64,000 nt of DNA, taken from the NCBI GenBank assembly GCA_002269645.1, contig NIVC01000001.1:1550001-1614000 (forward strand), written 5' to 3'. How positions within the stretch are numbered: position 1 is the first letter of the stretch; every line of letters begins with the position of its first letter. The translations under genes and the position numbers were made by a program. This document shows positions 62,301-64,000 of this stretch, in pieces. The stretch is from Macrostomum lignano (Eukaryota). Under the pieces are notes generated by a model. It made no database searches and was not told where the DNA came from. It was given only the letters and a program-made list of their open reading frames with translations.

Positions 62301-63000
62301 CGTCCCTCATCTCACAGCTCAGACAGACCCGTCCCTCATCTCACAGCTCAGACAGACCCGCCCTCCCTGTTCCCTCCAATCGCAGATCGGCAGGCGTTGC
62401 TGCGAGCTAAAGATCCCCTACAGTCGGCAGCAGCTGCCAGTAGCCGCGGACTCGCATGGTTCTGAGCAGCAGCAGCAGCAGCAACAGCAGCAAATGCTGT
62501 CCCGTCGAGTATTCGTTGGCGGCATCACGGACAAGCTGTCGGAGCAAACCCTAACCGAATACTTCACCAAAGAGTTGGGCCTGGAAGTGTCCGAAGTGTT
62601 CGTGTCTCGCCGGCCAGACCGCTCATTTGCATTCGTCACGTTCGCCAGCGCCGAAATGGCTGCTCAACTGATTGGTCGCGGGTTCGTCATTGAAGGCGTG
62701 CCCGTGTTCGCTGCCACCGCTAAGCCTATTCAGCAACATCAGCAGCCGCAGCAGCAACAGCAACAGCAGCAGCCTGCGATCTACCAGCAACCAACCCTAC
62801 TGCCACAGACTACTGTTAGTAACTACGGAGCAAATATTTGTCCCTATTATGCCTTGGAGCAGCCGCAGCCTGGCACAGTGCTTATGCAGCAGCAGTATCA
62901 GCCCGTCCGCTTTGCTCAGCACCAGTTAATCAATCCGATCTATCAGGCGAATCCTTATCAGCTACCTGTTTATCACCTGCCTCAGCAGCATTGGCAGTAG
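59391..63000 (+). CDS. TARDBP: TAR DNA-binding protein 43 ortholog (409 aa); exons 59391-59644, 60597-60957, 62386-63000
   Basis: NTD (PDGSLSLVSLAAEFPGALGLQYR..VDG..W..TVY), RRM1 (DLIVLGLP..EQDLRAYF..SRGFGFVRF), RRM2 (SRRVFVG..SFAFVTF) and a Q-rich tail. Junctions GA|GTGAGA..CACAG|C (phase 2) and CAG|GTCAGA..CGCAG|ATC (phase 0). Confidence 0.93.
59807..60587. repeat. 10/11-bp minisatellite AAACTG(A)TCTC, TARDBP intron 1
   Basis: Runs to within 10 bp of the acceptor. Confidence 0.95.
60990..62360. repeat. three successive 29-30-bp minisatellite blocks, TARDBP intron 2
   Basis: CTACTCACACAGCTCACAGCGAAAACCGCC, then CTACTCACACAACTCCTAGGGAAACCCGCC, then CTCATCTCACAGCTCAGACAGACCCGTCC. Confidence 0.95.
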
Positions 63001-63023
63001 TGCAAAACCATGTGTTGCACTTT

Positions 63024-63445
63024 TATAGCTTTTGTCATGCTATCTCAGCCTAGGGACATCCAAACTCAGCCAGCCCCATTCCGCAATGCGTTTTTTGGCT
63101 CGAGCTAGTCGAGTTTTACCATAGACATGCTTCTTGGGGCCATGCTATCTCAGCCTGGGACATGCAATCTCAGCCAATATAGATTTCAATTGCAAACAGA
63201 TCTCAATGCTATCATTTCTGTAACGTGACATGAAATGGCAACAAACAGCAATGAATGAACGCAGCAAGAAAAGTCAGTAAGAATCTGAAAAGTGGCTGAG
63301 ATTGCATGTCCCAGGCTGAGATGGCATGGCTTTGAGAGGCGTGTCTATGGTGAAACTTGACTGGCTTACGTAAAAAATCGCACTGTTGAGATGGGCTGGC
63401 TGAGTTTGGATGTCTCTAGGCTGAGATAGCATGACAAATACTATA
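63024..63445. mobile_element. foldback MITE-like element with ~155-bp inverted arms just after the TARDBP stop
   Basis: TTTGTCATGCTATCTCAGCCTAGGGACATCCAAACTCAGCCAGCCC (63031) vs its reverse complement ending at 63438. An inner arm pair is at 63140-63178 / 63293-63328. Confidence 0.8.
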
Positions 63446-63634
63446 TTAGCTAACATTAGCTTATTACTTTGACTTGACCTTGACGCAATTTGTTTACCTT
63501 AATAGCTTGTTAGCAACTGAGGTCATGAAATTTGGCATTCCGATGACATTTTTTTCATTGACAAATTTGTAGATAATTTACCAAAGCTGCTCAATAACAC
63601 CCTCCCTTACCCTTAGCATAGACCCATAGCTTAA

Positions 63635-64000
63635 TATATCCCAATCCCATGGGTTAATATCCCAATCCCATGGGTTAATATCCCAATCCCATAGATTAAT
63701 ATCCCGATCCCATAGATAAATATCCCAATCCTATGGATTAATATCCCAATCCCATAGATTAATATCCCAATCCCATAGATTAGTGTCCCAATCCCATAAA
63801 TTAGTGTCCCGATCCCATAGATTAGTATCCCAATCCTATAGATTAATATCCCAATACCATAGATTAATATCCCGATCCCATAGATAAATATCCCAATCCT
63901 ATGGATTAATATCCCAATCCCATAGATTACTATCCCAATCCTATAGATTAATATCCCAATACCATAGATTAATATCCCAATACCATAGATTAATATCTCA
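63635..64000. repeat. ~21-bp minisatellite TTAATATCCCAATCCCATAGA (truncated by window end)
   Basis: Tandem copies continue to the end of the window. Confidence 0.92.

Noticed and set aside
60589-63000. 803-aa ORF as the TARDBP product
   Set aside because: It reads through the satellite intron 60958-62385. Canonical GT-AG sites restore an intact RRM1. Kept only as a possible retention isoform.

Overview
Eukaryotic (metazoan, invertebrate) genomic DNA. GC-rich exons, polyQ tracts and minisatellite-filled introns resemble the flatworm Macrostomum lignano, but this is an inference. Genes with splice sites and reading-frame phase checked by hand: STPG1-like (2 exons, -), a DEKA-type Nav1 sodium channel alpha subunit with only 3 coding exons (-), a PAR/ces-2-type bZIP (-), ERLEC1 (-, 5' end unresolved), a claudin/PMP22-like tetraspan (+), type II pantothenate kinase (5 exons, +) and TDP-43/TARDBP (3 exons, +). 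The first 21 kb hold three intronless paralogs encoding a signal peptide, a PAN/apple-like domain and a LamG/ConA-like jelly-roll. They show patchwork exchange: copies 1 and 2 differ mainly in one sharply bounded ~170-bp block, and copy 3 shares only the PAN module. Mobile DNA includes a 2.2-kb TG..CA solo-LTR-like insertion with a 4-bp TSD whose empty site survives in the paralog, a Crypton/DUF3504 relic, a hAT MITE with an 8-bp TSD, tRNA-derived SINE heads and two foldback elements. About 20 distinct mini/microsatellites occur, and nearly every large intron has its own. No CRISPR array, rRNA gene or intact tRNA gene was found.
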